This document shows, piece after piece, positions 38,545 through 52,859 of a stretch of 64,000 nucleotides of DNA; positions within the stretch are counted from its first letter, which is position 1, and every line of letters starts with the position of its first letter. The notes below the pieces were generated by a model that had not been told where the DNA came from, did not search any database, and was given only the letters and a program-made list of their open reading frames with translations. The DNA is from Octopus vulgaris. Lineage: Eukaryota. Made by a program: the position numbers and the translations under genes. The DNA lies in the NCBI GenBank assembly GCA_951406725.2, contig OX597818.1:30256001-30320000 (forward strand), in the 5' to 3' direction.

Positions 38545-39405
38545 AAACATATATACTATAATCCCATGGACTCCAAATCAATATCTACTGTTCAACTCAT
38601 GCCACACCAAATACACTAGAATGAATATCCCTTTCAACCTAGCAAAAAGGATTTGTACTATAGTTTCTAATACAAGCACCAGGGACACATGACTACATGA
38701 ATTAAAGGATACACTCATTACCATCACTAATTGATATATGCTTTCAATGTGCCCTACAACTCAACATTCACAAACTCAGGCATCCCAAATTAAAGAAGGA
38801 TTTACAACCAAAAGCCCTACCATTCATCTCCACACACAACCCTCTTAACAATGAAGCCTTCGATACCATCCTCCAGAACATTCCCCTCCTAAAAAGGGAC
38901 CACAGAATAATTTCATCCTCCAAACGCACACCATCATAAAGAGCAAAAGACAACCCAAATCTATTAAAAGTCTCCTAACAAAAGCCCAAGTACACTCGAC
39001 AACACTGAAGCTGTCAGTAAAAAAATACTGAAGACTTAGCTGTGGTATATGTGTCAACCTACTTGAGGGATCAGAGTTTTCATTCAAACAGACTCAATGT
39101 TTTACAGTAAAAAACAACTTCACATGTGCTTCAGAGAACCTAATATATGTATTAACTTGTTCTGGGTGTCGAGAGCAATACATAGGCCAAACCAAAAACA
39201 GTCTACATTAAAGGATGGCTCTACATTTGGGAATACAGAAAAAGCGCATTCAGCATACACATTAACAAACAACCCAGCTCCAGAATTCAGGGACGATATA
39301 ACTGGTAGTCAGCGCATTAGTAAAGAGTCATATTTTATCACAAAATATAAACCCCTTTTAAATGCATCTACCACAAATAACGCTATTACAAGGGCCTTAG
39401 ATTAA
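38545..39405 (+). mobile_element. 5'-truncated Penelope-like element (RT thumb plus GIY-YIG), disrupted; different clade from 15346-18830
   Basis: NQYLLFNSCH.KYTRMNIPFNLAKRICTIVS, CGIC, FTCASENLIYVLTCSGCREQYIGQT and ESYFITKYKPLLN. Confidence 0.85.
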
Positions 39406-40293
39406 TACCCATGCAAATATTAAAAACAATATATTCATAACAGTCACTACCCATAAATTTATTTAGAACAATTCCAATCACTACTATTACAACTACAACG
39501 GGTTACTTTTAGGTCACTTGACCATTTAAAAGGATTCTACCAACATCCTACCACTGTCATACCACTCCCGCATTTCTATCATTCTTTCTCTTCTTTTTCT
39601 ACTCGCTCTTCTTCTCCTTCTTCTTCTTCTTCTTCTTCTTCTTCTTTTTCTTCTTCTGCTCCTCCTCTTCTGCCTCCTTTCTCAGCTACTACTGCTGCTT
39701 AAACAATCAAAACTAAGAACTCATATCAAATAATAAGACTGCTGCCACCTGCTACCAAGACCTCACATGAGTAAAAAAAGAGCGACGGAGACAGACAGAA
39801 AAAAGGAAAATGTCCCTTGCATTTGAAAACTATGGAAATATTTTTAAAAACATTTAATGAAGGAATTTTGTTCCACCAGTGTTTGCAGGACATCCTTGTC
39901 GAGCTCTACAGATCTTCTAGGACAAGGCTTGTCTTCTAGGCTGTTGCCTTTATTGAACTCATAAAGCAAAATATTCTCCTTTGTCACTTCCATTATAGCT
40001 TTGAAAAAAATAACTGCTAAAATCGAACTGCACTCTTCAAAACTTGTACTAAGAATAAGGACAAGATAAAATTACTACCTACTTATAGCAAGTTGATGCA
40101 GGTATTTTATCCCATCCCCCTCCGACCTTTACTTCATGCAAATGAAAAACTGCATCATTTATGGGATGACCCAATATATATATATATAAATTTGAAATGA
40201 GGGTAAGAAATTGGATATTAATTTAATTAAATTAACATCAATTTAACACCAGTGGTCTAGCATATAAAATCTGAAAGTTCAGTAAACTGCATT

Positions 40294-40470
40294 ATATACA
40301 AATGAGAGGGATGACCACTATGTGGACAACCCTTATGCTAGAAGTAGATCCGCTTACGTTCTGGTATTTGCTAAATTTTTCTTGAGAACATTTCTTAGCG
40401 GTAAGACCATACCAGATCTACTTCTAGCATAAGGGTTGTCCACATAGTGATCACCCCTCTGATTTGTATA
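40294..40470. repeat. Fold-back made from PLE terminal-repeat ends
   Basis: ~57-bp arms. 40350-40470 is the reverse complement of the family at 63644-63760, which carries a hammerhead. Confidence 0.8.
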
Positions 40471-41241
40471 TATATATATATATATATAAATTAGAGAAAA
40501 ACCACTATTATGCAATTCAAACAATGATAGACATAAACCAAATCATAAATAGAAAAATAAAGTATATTTTAAAACATATAACTAGATCACAAAAAGTACA
40601 AAAATGAATAAACAATATATAATGAATAAATAAATTTCTAATCTTTTATATATCATCATCATCATCATCATCATCATCGTTTAACGTCCGCTTTCCATGC
40701 TAGCATGGGTTGGATGATTTTGACTGAGGGCTGGTGAACCAGATGGCTGCACCAGGCTCCAATCTTGATTTGGCAGAGTTTCTACAGCTGGATGCCCTTC
40801 CTAACGCCAACCACTCTGAGAGTGTAGTGGGTGCATTTTACATGCCACCGGCACAGGGGTCAGTCAGGCAGTACTAGCAATGACCTCGCTCGAATCCTTT
40901 TACACATGCCACCAGCACAGGTCCCAGTAAGGCGACATTGGTAATGATCACACTTGAATGGTGCCCTTTTACATGCCAGTTGGCTGCTCTGGCAATGATC
41001 ACACTCGGATGGTGCTCTTGGCACCCTACTAGCACGGGCACAAGTGCCAGTAAGGCGACGCTGGTAACGATTACGCTCAAATGGTGCCCTTTAAGTGCCA
41101 CTGGCACAGAAGCCGGTTAGCCGTTCTGTCAATGATCATGCTCGTATGGTGCTCTTTGCACCCTGCTAGCATGGACGCCAGTCATCGAATTTGATTTTGA
41201 TTTAATTTTGATTTTGCTTTTGATTGATATATATATATTAT

Positions 41242-41329
41242 AAGAAATGAGGTATTCAGAAATTCGGATGGTTTTATATTTAGAGAAGTAAATATAAAAC
41301 CATCCGAATTTCTGAGTACCTCATTTCTT
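41242..41329. repeat. 41-bp-arm hairpin
   Basis: Arms 41242-41282 and 41289-41329 with one mismatch, loop GAGAAG, between (TA)n tracts. Confidence 0.9.
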
Positions 41330-41368
41330 CTAATATAAAATACCTGTCCATCATCTCCAAACCTTCTA

Positions 41369-41400
<32 letters not shown>

Positions 41401-43489
41401 TTATGTATATCTATCTACCTGCACACACACACATACATGCACACACACACACACACATGCATACTAGCAGCCCTGTAGTGGATGTGAGATGTAAATCTTT
41501 AATAAGTTCATATTGACATTCTTTATGACACTTTTCCCTTTGGTTTTTTTATTATTCACTTCATATCAAGGACTTATTCTTACATATTCTTATCATAACT
41601 TCAGTTTTGAACATTAGATCTGGTAACAGAGCTTCTCCTAAGCCCTAAAGATTTCTAATGCCCTCCTTTTTTATTCCTAAATGTTTAAACTCAATTGATA
41701 TGTTCTGAAATGCATTGCAAAGCAGGTTTTCCTGTGATTTCCACTCTTTTATTTCTAAAGTCACTTATATTGTTCACCAGTCTTTGAAATCTTCAGTTGA
41801 AGAACATATCTTTACTGGACTATTTTCTAGTTTTTCTAATTTTAGGCATTTACAGCATACTATAAATATTCTTACTCATTCACTCAGCTTCCCTAACTGG
41901 CTGGTGATTACAAGTTGTTTTAGCTTTAAGCAAGTTTAATGAACTTCTAAGCTTATATGCTTCCAGATTGTATTTTAAAATGTATTTTGTTTTGAGATTA
42001 TTGATGTTAGACATTAACTGCAAGTATAGCTTCAATTTTGTTAAAAAGATATTGCTTTAGACTGCTGTCAAAATTAGTCTTTCATTCAATTCTATTTTCA
42101 AATTACACTCATATTTGCCAAAAGTATTTTCTTTCAAATAGAAAATATAATTAAATTTTTAGTTTTGTTAACTTTACAGTTGCTGTATTCTCAAACAGAA
42201 ATGTTGCACAGAAATGGCATGGTGCTTTTCCTTTCTTTTCTCTCTCCACAAAACCATTTTAAAGGATGAAATGTTAATTCTTAATTTTCTTTCTTTTTGA
42301 AATTCCCTCAAAAGCACAAGTAAATTAAATTTGTGATCGGAAACTAAGTCATATAGAGATATTGAAAAGTAGGAAACAAAGTGTTAAAACATGTTAGTAT
42401 TTCAGTTCTGTATTTTGTTAGTAGAAGGCATGTAGTTATAGCTACATAAGATCACTGAAGGAAGCTAATTTTATCATTTACCGTTCCTTAAAATATTTTT
42501 ACTGTGCATTTTACTGAAACCTTTATCTTCAAAGTTTTGAAATTTTAAGATTAAATTCTATGGACTCATTCTAATTATTATCTCATTTTTTGAAAGAATA
42601 CTTGACTGGTGACATTTCATTTACCTCAGATGTGGAGACACTGCAAAAATGTTATCATCCTTCCCCCAGGATAATTTGCAGATGATATTTAACATCTTAT
42701 AGCACTTCTAGGTGGTGATAATTTGCAATAATACAGAACTGTTGGCTTCAATAATCACATTCAGCTATCACTGGGTAATGAAGTTATTAACAGATAGAAT
42801 TCATTTTTTTTTCCTATGATAATAATATATGAAATTGGCACCCAAAATACCATTATTTGGAAATAATTTATACAAATAAATTTCTTTTTTGTATAAATTT
42901 AGTTTTTTAACATTTTCATTTTTTAAAGTTTCAACTTGCATACTTCGTCCAAAGCAATTTAGGTAGTAGCCTCCCAGAAGGGTGTATAGCTGTGAAATCT
43001 GCATAACATACAACCATTGGAAAACATGATAAATCTAATTAAATTCAAGGCTACTGTATGAAGTATGAGGGATAAAAGGGAAAGACAATATATTCATTTG
43101 TGTAAAAGTCTTGAAACAAAGGAGGCTCTTTGGCAGTGGTTTCCAGTGTTTTCTATGCTTCATACCCCTTGGGAATGTTTGATTAATTTTTACACTCTTA
43201 CACAAGTAATATCATATAAGAAGATGAAAAATTGATTTTCTAATAACTAATTTTTTTAACTGAACCACATACAGTATTGTGCGTGAACAAACTGAACTTT
43301 AAAAATATAAAATATAAAAGTGCAAATGCAAAATGAGCAATTATAAATAAAAAAACCCTAGTTAACAGTGAAATCAATTACAATTGTGAACATAAAATTC
43401 AATTGCTTCTTTGTTTTTATTTCTCATTCATGTGAAACTTTCGATTTTTGGTGTTTATTGTACCTGTGCACCTATCTTTCCTGTTAACT

Positions 43490-43735
43490 TTCCTTGATGT
43501 TGCTGCACCTCTTAAGTGTCCACAGCTTACACTAGGTACATCTTATGGAATTTCTACCTACGCCTTTTATACAGATTGAGCTGGGCCATCTACCTGAAGG
43601 GATTTGTGATTTCTCTGCCTTCCTACTTACTAAAACTTTGGTTTTTGCTAGGTTAACTCTAAGGCCCTTCAATTCTAGACCTTACTACCACACCTGAAAC
43701 TTCTCTAGTTCTGGTAGTGATTCGGTTATAACAGC
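43490..43735 (-). mobile_element. RTE-group LINE fragment
   Basis: KFQVW..GLELKGLRVNLAKTKVL followed by a Cys/His cluster (IC.KGVGRNSIRCT.CKLW). Confidence 0.65.
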
Positions 43736-44919
43736 TCCATATATTAGTTTCAAATTTTGACACAAAACTAGCAATTTCAGGGAGGGGATAAGACAATTAC
43801 ATTGACCCCAGTGTTCAACTGGTACTTACTTTATTGATCTCAAAAGGATGAAAGACAAACTTGACCTTGGTGATCAAAACATAAAGGTGGATGAAATGCC
43901 ACTAAGCATTTTGGCTGGCAAGCTAATGATTCTGCCAGCTCATCATTTTTCTACTTCTATATATTGACTTGAGAACCACTTGATAAACAATAACGTCATA
44001 ACTAAAAAGTATATAACATTATTTTACTTCAAAAACATACTGTAGTCTGCAGTAGATTTTACTTTAAAAAATCTACTGTATTTTATTTTTAATGCAGTAT
44101 AACTCTTATGCTTTTTTTTTTCCTTTTTTCCCTGCTTATCTCATCAAATGTTCTCATAAATCCCCTTCTCACAGAAGCTTCAGAGCAGTTACCAACTTCA
44201 AACTAATATTCTGAATCATTTTCATTAGTACAATATAATTAGGATCAATAAGTGTAGTGTAATTAGGAGATTTCAGACTACACTACAAACTTATTCATTG
44301 TTCAACGGGTGGTTGTTATATAACATTTCATTTAAATATGTTTAAAATAATAACATCATTGTTACTCTGAAGTTATATTTGTGTCTAGCTCCATGTTATA
44401 TGAACATATTTTTGTTTTTTGAGGATGCAATACCCTTCACTAGATATATCTAGCAAAAATGTGCATGGATTACAATTAGCTTTTGGATACTTTTACTATA
44501 TCTACATGAGTGAAGTTCACTTTGGTAGTTGAACATTTATTCTGAATCAATGTGACTTTGGTTGTTGAACATTTATTATATTGAAATAGAAAATTGGTTG
44601 TTGACAGAATCATTTGAGCATTTGGAAAAGAATGCTTTACAGTATTGCAGGGATGAGCTTTAAGAAGAGAGTCATGATGTCAATGGTTAAGGGACTGACC
44701 GGAAGAGGAAGCGCTGGGTAGGAAGTAGGGAGAGAAGCTTGCCTCTCTCCCTACTTCCTACCCGGGCAAGCCTCTTTTTGCCCATCAGAGGCATCATGAA
44801 TGGACGTCGGGAAATTCGCTTTGGGTTGGTCAGAAAGCAGCTGCTTACACTGGTTGACAGGGGTAGGGCAAGACCATCGGAGAAATTACTGCTAGACAGG
44901 CACTGATGAGAGAGGAAGG

Positions 44920-45965
44920 CAGTGACAACTTGAAGTCAGCATATTTGCAGCTCCATGTGAGCGACAAACTGTGGAAGTACCATCTGGCGTGATACAAGGG
45001 CCGAACATATTGTCTGACAAGACTGGGTTTTGGGCTGAATTCTGCACCAAAGATCATGGCGACAGTGCTCAAATTCATCTTGGGAAAGGTGGATAGGATA
45101 AGAAGGGTCACCAATTCCTATATAGATGACATCTTAGTGGATGAGACTGTAGTGCCTGCCACAGAGATTGTGAGACATCTGAAGAAATTCAGGCTGATTG
45201 TGAAGCCACCAGAGCCAATGGCTGGAGGAACTGAACTGGGGCTTAAGCTTCAAAGAGACTGAACAGGTGTGTTGGTTATTCGGAGGTGGAATGAGATTCT
45301 GGAGCTGGGTACCAACGTCAGCAGGAAAGAACTGTTCATGATGTGCGGGAAATTAGTAGGTCACTACCCAATCACAGGGTGGCTGTGTACATCATGAAGT
45401 TACACCAAGAGACAAGCAGAAGGGGAGAACTGGGGTGACAAGGTGGGAGAGGGGACAGTGGCAATGATGTAGGAAATCCTAGAGGAGACGAGAGTGGAAA
45501 ACCCAGTCAGAGGGAATTGGCATGTGCCCAAATTGGATAACGGGACCATATGGTGTGATGCTAGCAGCATCACGATAGGAGTTGTGTTGGAAATTGGAGG
45601 TGCCAAAGTGGAGGATGCAGCCTGGCTTCAAAAAGCAGATGACTACAACCACATCAATGTCACTGAGTTGGATGTAGTGCTGAAGGGATTGAATTTGACC
45701 TTGAAGTGGATTCAGCCACTGTGCTTGGTTGGGTAGGATCGTGATCACCGATAAGAAGTGGGTGCGAACCAAAGGGGCTGCAGAAATGTTAGTGAAGTGC
45801 CACCTAGAGGTTCTAGGAGAGCTGATTAGCCAGTTCAGCCTGAAACTGAATGTGGTCTTTGTGCCTTCAGAGAGAAACAAGGTAGATGCTCTAACCAGGG
45901 TAAAAAGGCCTGGTTAGGGGAGCCAGAAGAATCGAAGCAAGGAGTAGCTGCAGTGTGTCAATTAA
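44920..45965 (+). mobile_element. LTR-type retrotransposon RT/RNase H remnant
   Basis: LKSAYLQLHV, YCLTRLGFGLNSAPKIM, SYIDDILV, WCDASS, HINVTELDVVLKGL and NKVDALTR; stops present. Confidence 0.85.
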
Positions 45966-46671
45966 ATGACTCTGAGCTATCTTCTCCACTATTTCAGTAT
46001 TATGTGTTAAAAGTGAAACAAAAACATTTCTCTATTTTATGTCAGATATTTTCACTTTAACAATAAAAATAATAATAACAATTGAATTATATGTAGTAAG
46101 TAATAATTAAAATCAAACTAAAGTAAAAATAGCAATTGGTATAAAATTGCATCAATGACTTGAACTTGAATAAGTGGTTTCACATGAATGGGATTAAATT
46201 AAAAATAAAATTAGCGTGCAGAAATGGAATAGTCCAGATGGATAATAAAAAATTAAATTAAAGAAAAGACTATTGTCTATAAAGTATACAATGTAGAGAA
46301 AAAAGATTTGAACACATAGAGGAAAGCACCTTCGAAAAATGTCTTGGTGCGACTATGAAAGGTAAATTCGCCACAATAGAAACAAGGTTCGAGTCAACGA
46401 AGCGTGCAAGGGAGTACTTGACTTGAATTTGCAAAGTGGAAATATTTTATTTTTACCTTTATATCTGGGACGTAGGACGTCCTGGAAAAAAATTTTTAAT
46501 GCCCCCCCCCCTAAGTAGAGGTAGGCTGGATTGTAGCCACACTTCTATACAAGAGGGAGGACAAGATACAATTGATCGAAATTACAAGAGACGGGCTAAA
46601 ATTCCAGTCTGTTATATATTTTGAGTATTGTTATCACTAGTGATATCAAAATATAACTTTGTATTTTGTAT

Positions 46672-47501
46672 TGTTACGAACCTGCTGTTACTCAACTCGA
46701 ACCCGGGACCCTACTAAGTCGAGCGACGACGATTGACCAGGCTCAGTCGAACGGAATCCACCACAGAGAGAAAACGGTGGTGGGGATGGCAGCGAACTCG
46801 AACCGGCGACCAGAGATAACAACAACAACAGGAAGAGAGAGAGACGGCGGAAGGCAATTGCTTACATTTAGGAACAGTTTATGCAATTATTACAACATCA
46901 AATAACACGTAATGCATATCAGATACATTAAAGAAAATAACATGCAACAGATTTAAAAAGAAAAACAACAAAGGCATGCACGATACAAAACGTCCAAAAC
47001 AATCAAAACATTAATGTTCAACGCAAAACAGTTCGAAACAGTTCAAATCAAAGTCTTTCTCTTTCCTTCTTTCTCTTTCTTTAACACAATGTTCTTTTCC
47101 TTTTTTTCTTCCTCTTTTCCTTCTCTTTTTTTTTGTCACAATTCCTTTTCTCTTCAACAATTCTTTTTTTTTCAACACAGTTCGCAATTTACGTCATAAT
47201 CTCATTTCTTTTACATTTCACATCAAAAACATAAACAAAACATACCGCATGTTTCCTCGTTCATTTCAAACTCCTGCTACAATAGCCATGCCTTCTCGCT
47301 GTAATCTGCCTCACCTCCTCTCTATTGACAAGTCCTCAATCCTCTGTATCTGTCTTTCTCGCCACGCTTGTCATCCCTGTTGTTGCCCCTCCAGACTGCA
47401 CCTCTAGCCAACTGACTCTCAGGCAAAACTGACCAACCCAGACCAACTCTCTCTCGCCAACTGCCCTGATGCCAACTGACCAACAAACCCAGCTCGTCGC
47501 A
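46672..47501. mobile_element. Possible solo LTR
   Basis: CpG-richer block bounded by TGTTACGA...TCGTCGCA. No TSD seen. Confidence 0.3.
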
Positions 47502-48717
47502 TTTTAAAGGGTGGTAGATTTATTTTTTTGTTAAACTTTCCCTGACCGGAAAGGGTCAGATGTCTCTTCCAAACTCATTAGTTTCCCTACAAAAATGACA
47601 GGACAAAGGCCAATAACCTGTCTCCCTAGTCAAGCTGGCACCAAACCACAAAACTGGGTCATAGCACTTTTTTTTTCAACTGACCTCGTATCAGTATTTT
47701 ATGTGTAGATGTATATATATAAATGTACATGTAATATGTCCACATATATATACACATATATACATGCACTAGCACTATGACCCGGCAACGACAGGTCTTT
47801 AATGCTAGTTTATTCATAAAATTTGCTTTATGATTTATTCTCATTTACATGCCACATCAAAATGGGATGTTGCCTAATGCTAGATAGTGGAAATACCTAA
47901 GTTTACCAAAGCTAAGTTATTCAAATTCTGGTGAATTTTGTCATGTTTACATTGTGGTAATTCCTTGGTGTTACACGCAAAATATTTATAACCTACACTC
48001 ATGGAGTGGTTGGCGTTAGGAAGGGCATCCAGCTGTAGAAACATTGCCAGATCAAACTGGGCCTGGTGCAGCCTTCTGGCTTCCCAGACCCCAGTTGAAC
48101 CGCCCAACCCATGCTAGCATGGAAAGCGGACGCTAAACGATGACGATGATGATGATGAATATGAGAGTAAAATATAGTAAAACATAGCAAGCCTCATGTT
48201 GCTGTTTACTCTAATTGAACAGACTTATGAAGAAAAGTTTTCCAGCTGTGTCCACCCATTTCTTTTTTACAATCATGCAGATATAATTTATCTAGAATTA
48301 CATTATCTAAAACGTAATTTCTTTTTTGAAGTTGGTAAGGTGTGATTTCAGTGTGATTTGGCTGCTATTTTCTAGCAGACCGAGTAAGGTGGAGTGACTC
48401 ACTGGGTCATGTGACATCATTGAGTGTCCCTTCTTAAAAGAAGGAATGCAGCTGTTTCTACTCTGGTTAAATGGTTAAGTTATATCTTTTATAACTGATA
48501 CTTGATTAATTTGAGTTATAAAATGAATATGCATTTAGTCTGTTATATTTTGTTGCTTAATTGTTGATTGTTGCTTACAGATGCATTCTGCTTAATATCT
48601 ATATGAGAATATATAAACACACATTACTCTGAGTAATGGCTACAATAGTTAATAAAATTACAATATATAATACTTCCCATCAAGTATTGAGTATTTTTTC
48701 ATAACTCAAATCTATAT

Positions 48718-48720
<3 letters not shown>

Positions 48721-48799
<79 letters not shown>

Positions 48800-48842
48800 C
48801 ACACCAACAAATAACCCACATGCACACACATATACCGTATTT

Positions 48843-48903
<61 letters not shown>
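48721..48903. repeat. (TA)n and (CA)n microsatellites
   Basis: Direct reading. Confidence 0.95.
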
Positions 48904-48904
<1 letters not shown>

Positions 48905-49321
48905 TACCATAATGTTAGCACCAAGCAGTGTTTGGGCATAACCAAAGTTTAGGTTAGTTAAAATATGTTTATAACATATTTCAACTGCTATAAGGTGAAT
49001 TCACTACACTTAAGGGATATAATTAATAAATATCCTGGAAACAACTGTAAGACCTTCTTTCTATAAATGTTCTAATATCTACACAGCTTTGGTTTTTTAT
49101 CTCATTACGCAAAAAATTCTTATGTACACACACATATATAAATACATACATACATACATACATACATGTCTGTAAATGATATGCATATATACATGCACAT
49201 AAATCTCTCTTTTTTTTAAAATTTTTATTTTATATTAATATTTTGCAGGAAATTGCCAGATAAATTATAATGCTTTACGGTTTTGTCGTGTGAAAATGTC
49301 TGCAATGTAGGTGCTACCTTG

Positions 49322-49874
49322 ATGATTATGGAACATTCAATTGACATGGAATCGGAAAATTGTAATGGCTATCAAGAACTAAATGAAATTGTGTTAAATG
49401 ATACCAGTGTGGAAGAAAAGAGCAATGTCCCAGTCAGTGAATTAGTAAATAATGGGGATGCTGGTACCAATATATCTGCTGGGAGAGTGTTATTGGCTGA
49501 AGATTCCACAGACATTGGCGATACTTCAAGAGTTTCAACGCCTGCAGTCTCCACACAAGATCCTGACCAGACAGATGCTGCCAGTGTCTACTCTTTATTT
49601 ATGGAAAGAGATGCACGTTATTTTTTCCAACATCCCTACAGCCGGTTGGCTGTTGCATACCTGGTGGTCATTGCTAACTTTCTTGTTTATGCTGAGGATC
49701 CAGTTGCTCACAGTGTCAAAGAGAGTCATGTGCCAGTTATAGGAAATGATTTTTCATTTCTCTTCACAAAATACCCAAGGAACAGGTTGACAAAACTCAA
49801 GTTTATTTTATGGATGTGTGGGATCATTTCCGGACTTGTTCTGGGAAAACTTTTATTTCATGAAATGTTATTTA
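49322..49874 (+). CDS. TMEM117: Transmembrane protein 117, coding exon 1
   Basis: Acceptor ttttgcAG at 49247-48, in-frame stop at 49268-70, first in-frame ATG at 49322. RYFFQHPYSRLAVAYLV..NFLVYAEDPVAHS matches the TMEM117 N-terminus as recalled. Donor A|GTAAGT, phase 1. Confidence 0.9.
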
Positions 49875-52382
49875 GTAAGTAACAATACTTTTGCAATCAT
49901 ACATAATATTTTACATATTTTTGTGTTTCTATTTACCATTCTGTGTGTGTGTGAGTGTGTGTAATACATATTACATAACAGTTATATATGTATATTTTGG
50001 ATATCTGAGGCGAAAGTTTGTCTGATGTGGCAATGATTGTTGGTTTCATAACCCAAGTTGTTTGTTGGGATATCATGGTTGCTAATGAAAAACATGTAAA
50101 AATTCAATAGATAAAGAAATGACTGTAGTTTCCTGGACTACAGGAATGTCTCAAATAAGTATTATTAATTTGATGTAAATAAAGAAACCTCCATTAGTTT
50201 TTTGCAATGCTGCTGCCTTCTACAGTGAACTGTACCACTCTGTGATACCTATTTAGAGCTAAGTAAAATAGCTGTTGTGAGTTAATCATTTTAGTTATGA
50301 ACAAATGCATTCTTGTATTATAAGCAAAATACACCCTTGTTGTTTGTGGTGAAAAATAGTATGCAAAATTGATGAGAATGAAGAATTAGTGTTAGTTAAA
50401 ATGTTGTGGTAAAACAAGAATGATTAATGTATGAAAGGAAGCCATGAGATTAGATCTTAGGATATTGGTGAAGATAATGAAAGACAATTGATTAATGGCA
50501 ATATGGTATATGCCAGCATGGGAAAATATTTATCTATAAATATATATTTATATGTGTGTATACATATGCACATATATGCATGCACGAGTGTGTGCGTGTG
50601 TGTGTGTGTGATCATCATTTTAACATCCATACTTTCTTGCTTGCACGGGTCAGTCAGAAATTGCTGAGGCAGAAATTCTACTATCAGATAGCCTTCTTGC
50701 TGCCAATCCTCACAAATAAGGTCATATTTCTTCATGACCAGACATGTTTTCAGAGAAGATTGGAAAAAAACGACACCACTTGTATGAGGGTGGCACTTGC
50801 ATTTACAACTATCAACAGAATTGTGGTATCAGTGGCCATGTTGTTGATACCATAACTCTGTTTGAAATCCAATGTAAATCCTAAAAATTAATAATGATTA
50901 TTATGCAACTTCAAGATTTGACAATATAATCTGCTTATAAGACTTTCCTTATATAACCGATATTGTTTCATTGTTAATGAAACATGTGAAAGATGATGTA
51001 ACCAAGTAATTTATGAAGAAACTATCCTATTTTGTTTTTGCTTTTTCTTTATGTACACTGTGACCAAGCTAACTTTGATGACCAATCAGTAAAATTTACA
51101 CTCTAATACAAGTCCACCTTGTACTTTTATTTTTCAGTAATTAACAAATCACATGAAGTTCTAAATACTTGCTATTTGTCATGTAATTTAAATCACACTG
51201 AATTCTCTCTCTCTTTCTCACACACACACACACACATTTATATACATATTATCACCATCATTATCATCATCATTTAGCATCTATTTTCCATGTTGGCCAG
51301 TTTGAAGAGCTGGCAACCAGAGGACTGGGCCAAGCTCTTCTGTCTGTTTTGGCATGCTTTCTACAACTGGATGTCCTTCCTAATGCCAGCCACTTTACAG
51401 AATGTACTGAGTGCTTTTTACATGTCACCAGCACTAGTGAAGTTACCAAGCAACTTACAAGACAAGACCCCCTGATTTGAGGAGAGGATTGTTTGCTTAT
51501 ATATATATATATATATATAGTGTACACATGTTTCAGGAAACATCCACCTCTAATTACAAAAGCCTGAAAGCCCTATTACACAACATAGTATAGCTGTCCA
51601 ACTTCATCTATATTATATGAACTACAACACAAAGAAAAATGCAGGCCCTTATATACATCAGTATGCAAATAAGTATTGTCTGGTTATCAAATAAGAATAG
51701 AATAGAGGAGAAAGAAAGTGAGTGTAACAAAGTTTGAAATAGAAGTGTGATGGAGTGGAGATAGGAAAGCCTGTATGGCTTTCATTGTCCAGAAATCTTT
51801 TGTCACACATCTGTGACCTCTTCAGTGACACTTTTTGTTTTTGTGTCTGCCCTTGCTCCACTTACTCCATTCTATACTTATATATATATATATTTATTAA
51901 TGTTTGAACTTACAGAGGGTATGACAGGGGACTGAGGCTCCTGGTGGTTTGCTGTGCTTGAAATGACACATGAAGCTAAGTAAAAGTATGGTTGTCCTTG
52001 CATACAGGCTCAGCCCCTGTAATCCTCACCAGCTGAGCATCCCTAAGCTCGCAGGCTCATAGGTGCTGATGCTACATAAAAAGCACCTGTGCCAGTACTG
52101 AGTAAAAGCACCCAGTACATTCTGTAAAGTGGTTGACACTAGGAAGGGCATCCAGCTGTAGAAACCATGCCAAAATGGACAGAGAACATGAACAGCCCTT
52201 CAGCTGGTCAGCTACTGTCAAACTGTCCAACCCATGCCAGCATGGAAAACAGACGTAAAAATGATGATGATGATGACGATGATGGTGATGATGATGATAT
52301 ATTGAGTTTAGGTATGTTTCACTATGTAGCTCTACTGTATACATTCATATATTATATATATTGTTTTTTTGTTTTGTTTTAG

Positions 52383-52618
52383 AACGCTATTTTAAACTGA
52401 AGATGTTTCAAAAGTCACATGGTTCTTGGATGACCATGTTTATGACAGTATTGGTGTGTTTGCTTATCTTTTCCTACATTTACAATGGTTGCCTTTATAT
52501 TGCTGGAGAGGAGGCCCAAGAATATATCATCACAACAGCAATGGGTATTACCAATGGCTTCTTTATGAAAGGAGCTGCTTGTGGGACCTGGTGTGGTGAC
52601 TTCTTCACTGCTTGGATG
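52383..52618 (+). CDS. TMEM117: TMEM117 coding exon 2
   Basis: ttttAG|AACGC; LKMFQKSHGSWMTMF...FMKGAACGTWCGDFFTAWM; donor ATG|GT, phase 0. Confidence 0.93.
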
Positions 52619-52820
52619 GTATACTTCCATTTTTCTTTATCAATTTGATTTTTTTTTTTTAATTTAAAAATAAATTTTACCTTCTTACTGGTTGCTAATG
52701 TTCTTTGCTGTCTCTATGTATAATCAATTGCTTTAAATTTCAAATATTATCCATAGCTTTTCTATAATTTGAAAAACATTGATTATCTTATTTATTCATT
52801 CATTACTATTGTTCTCTCTC

Positions 52821-52859
<39 letters not shown>

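Noticed and set aside
49283-49321. ORF-track start (TTG) for TMEM117
   Set aside because: A non-ATG start from a prokaryotic-style caller. The first in-frame ATG is at 49322.
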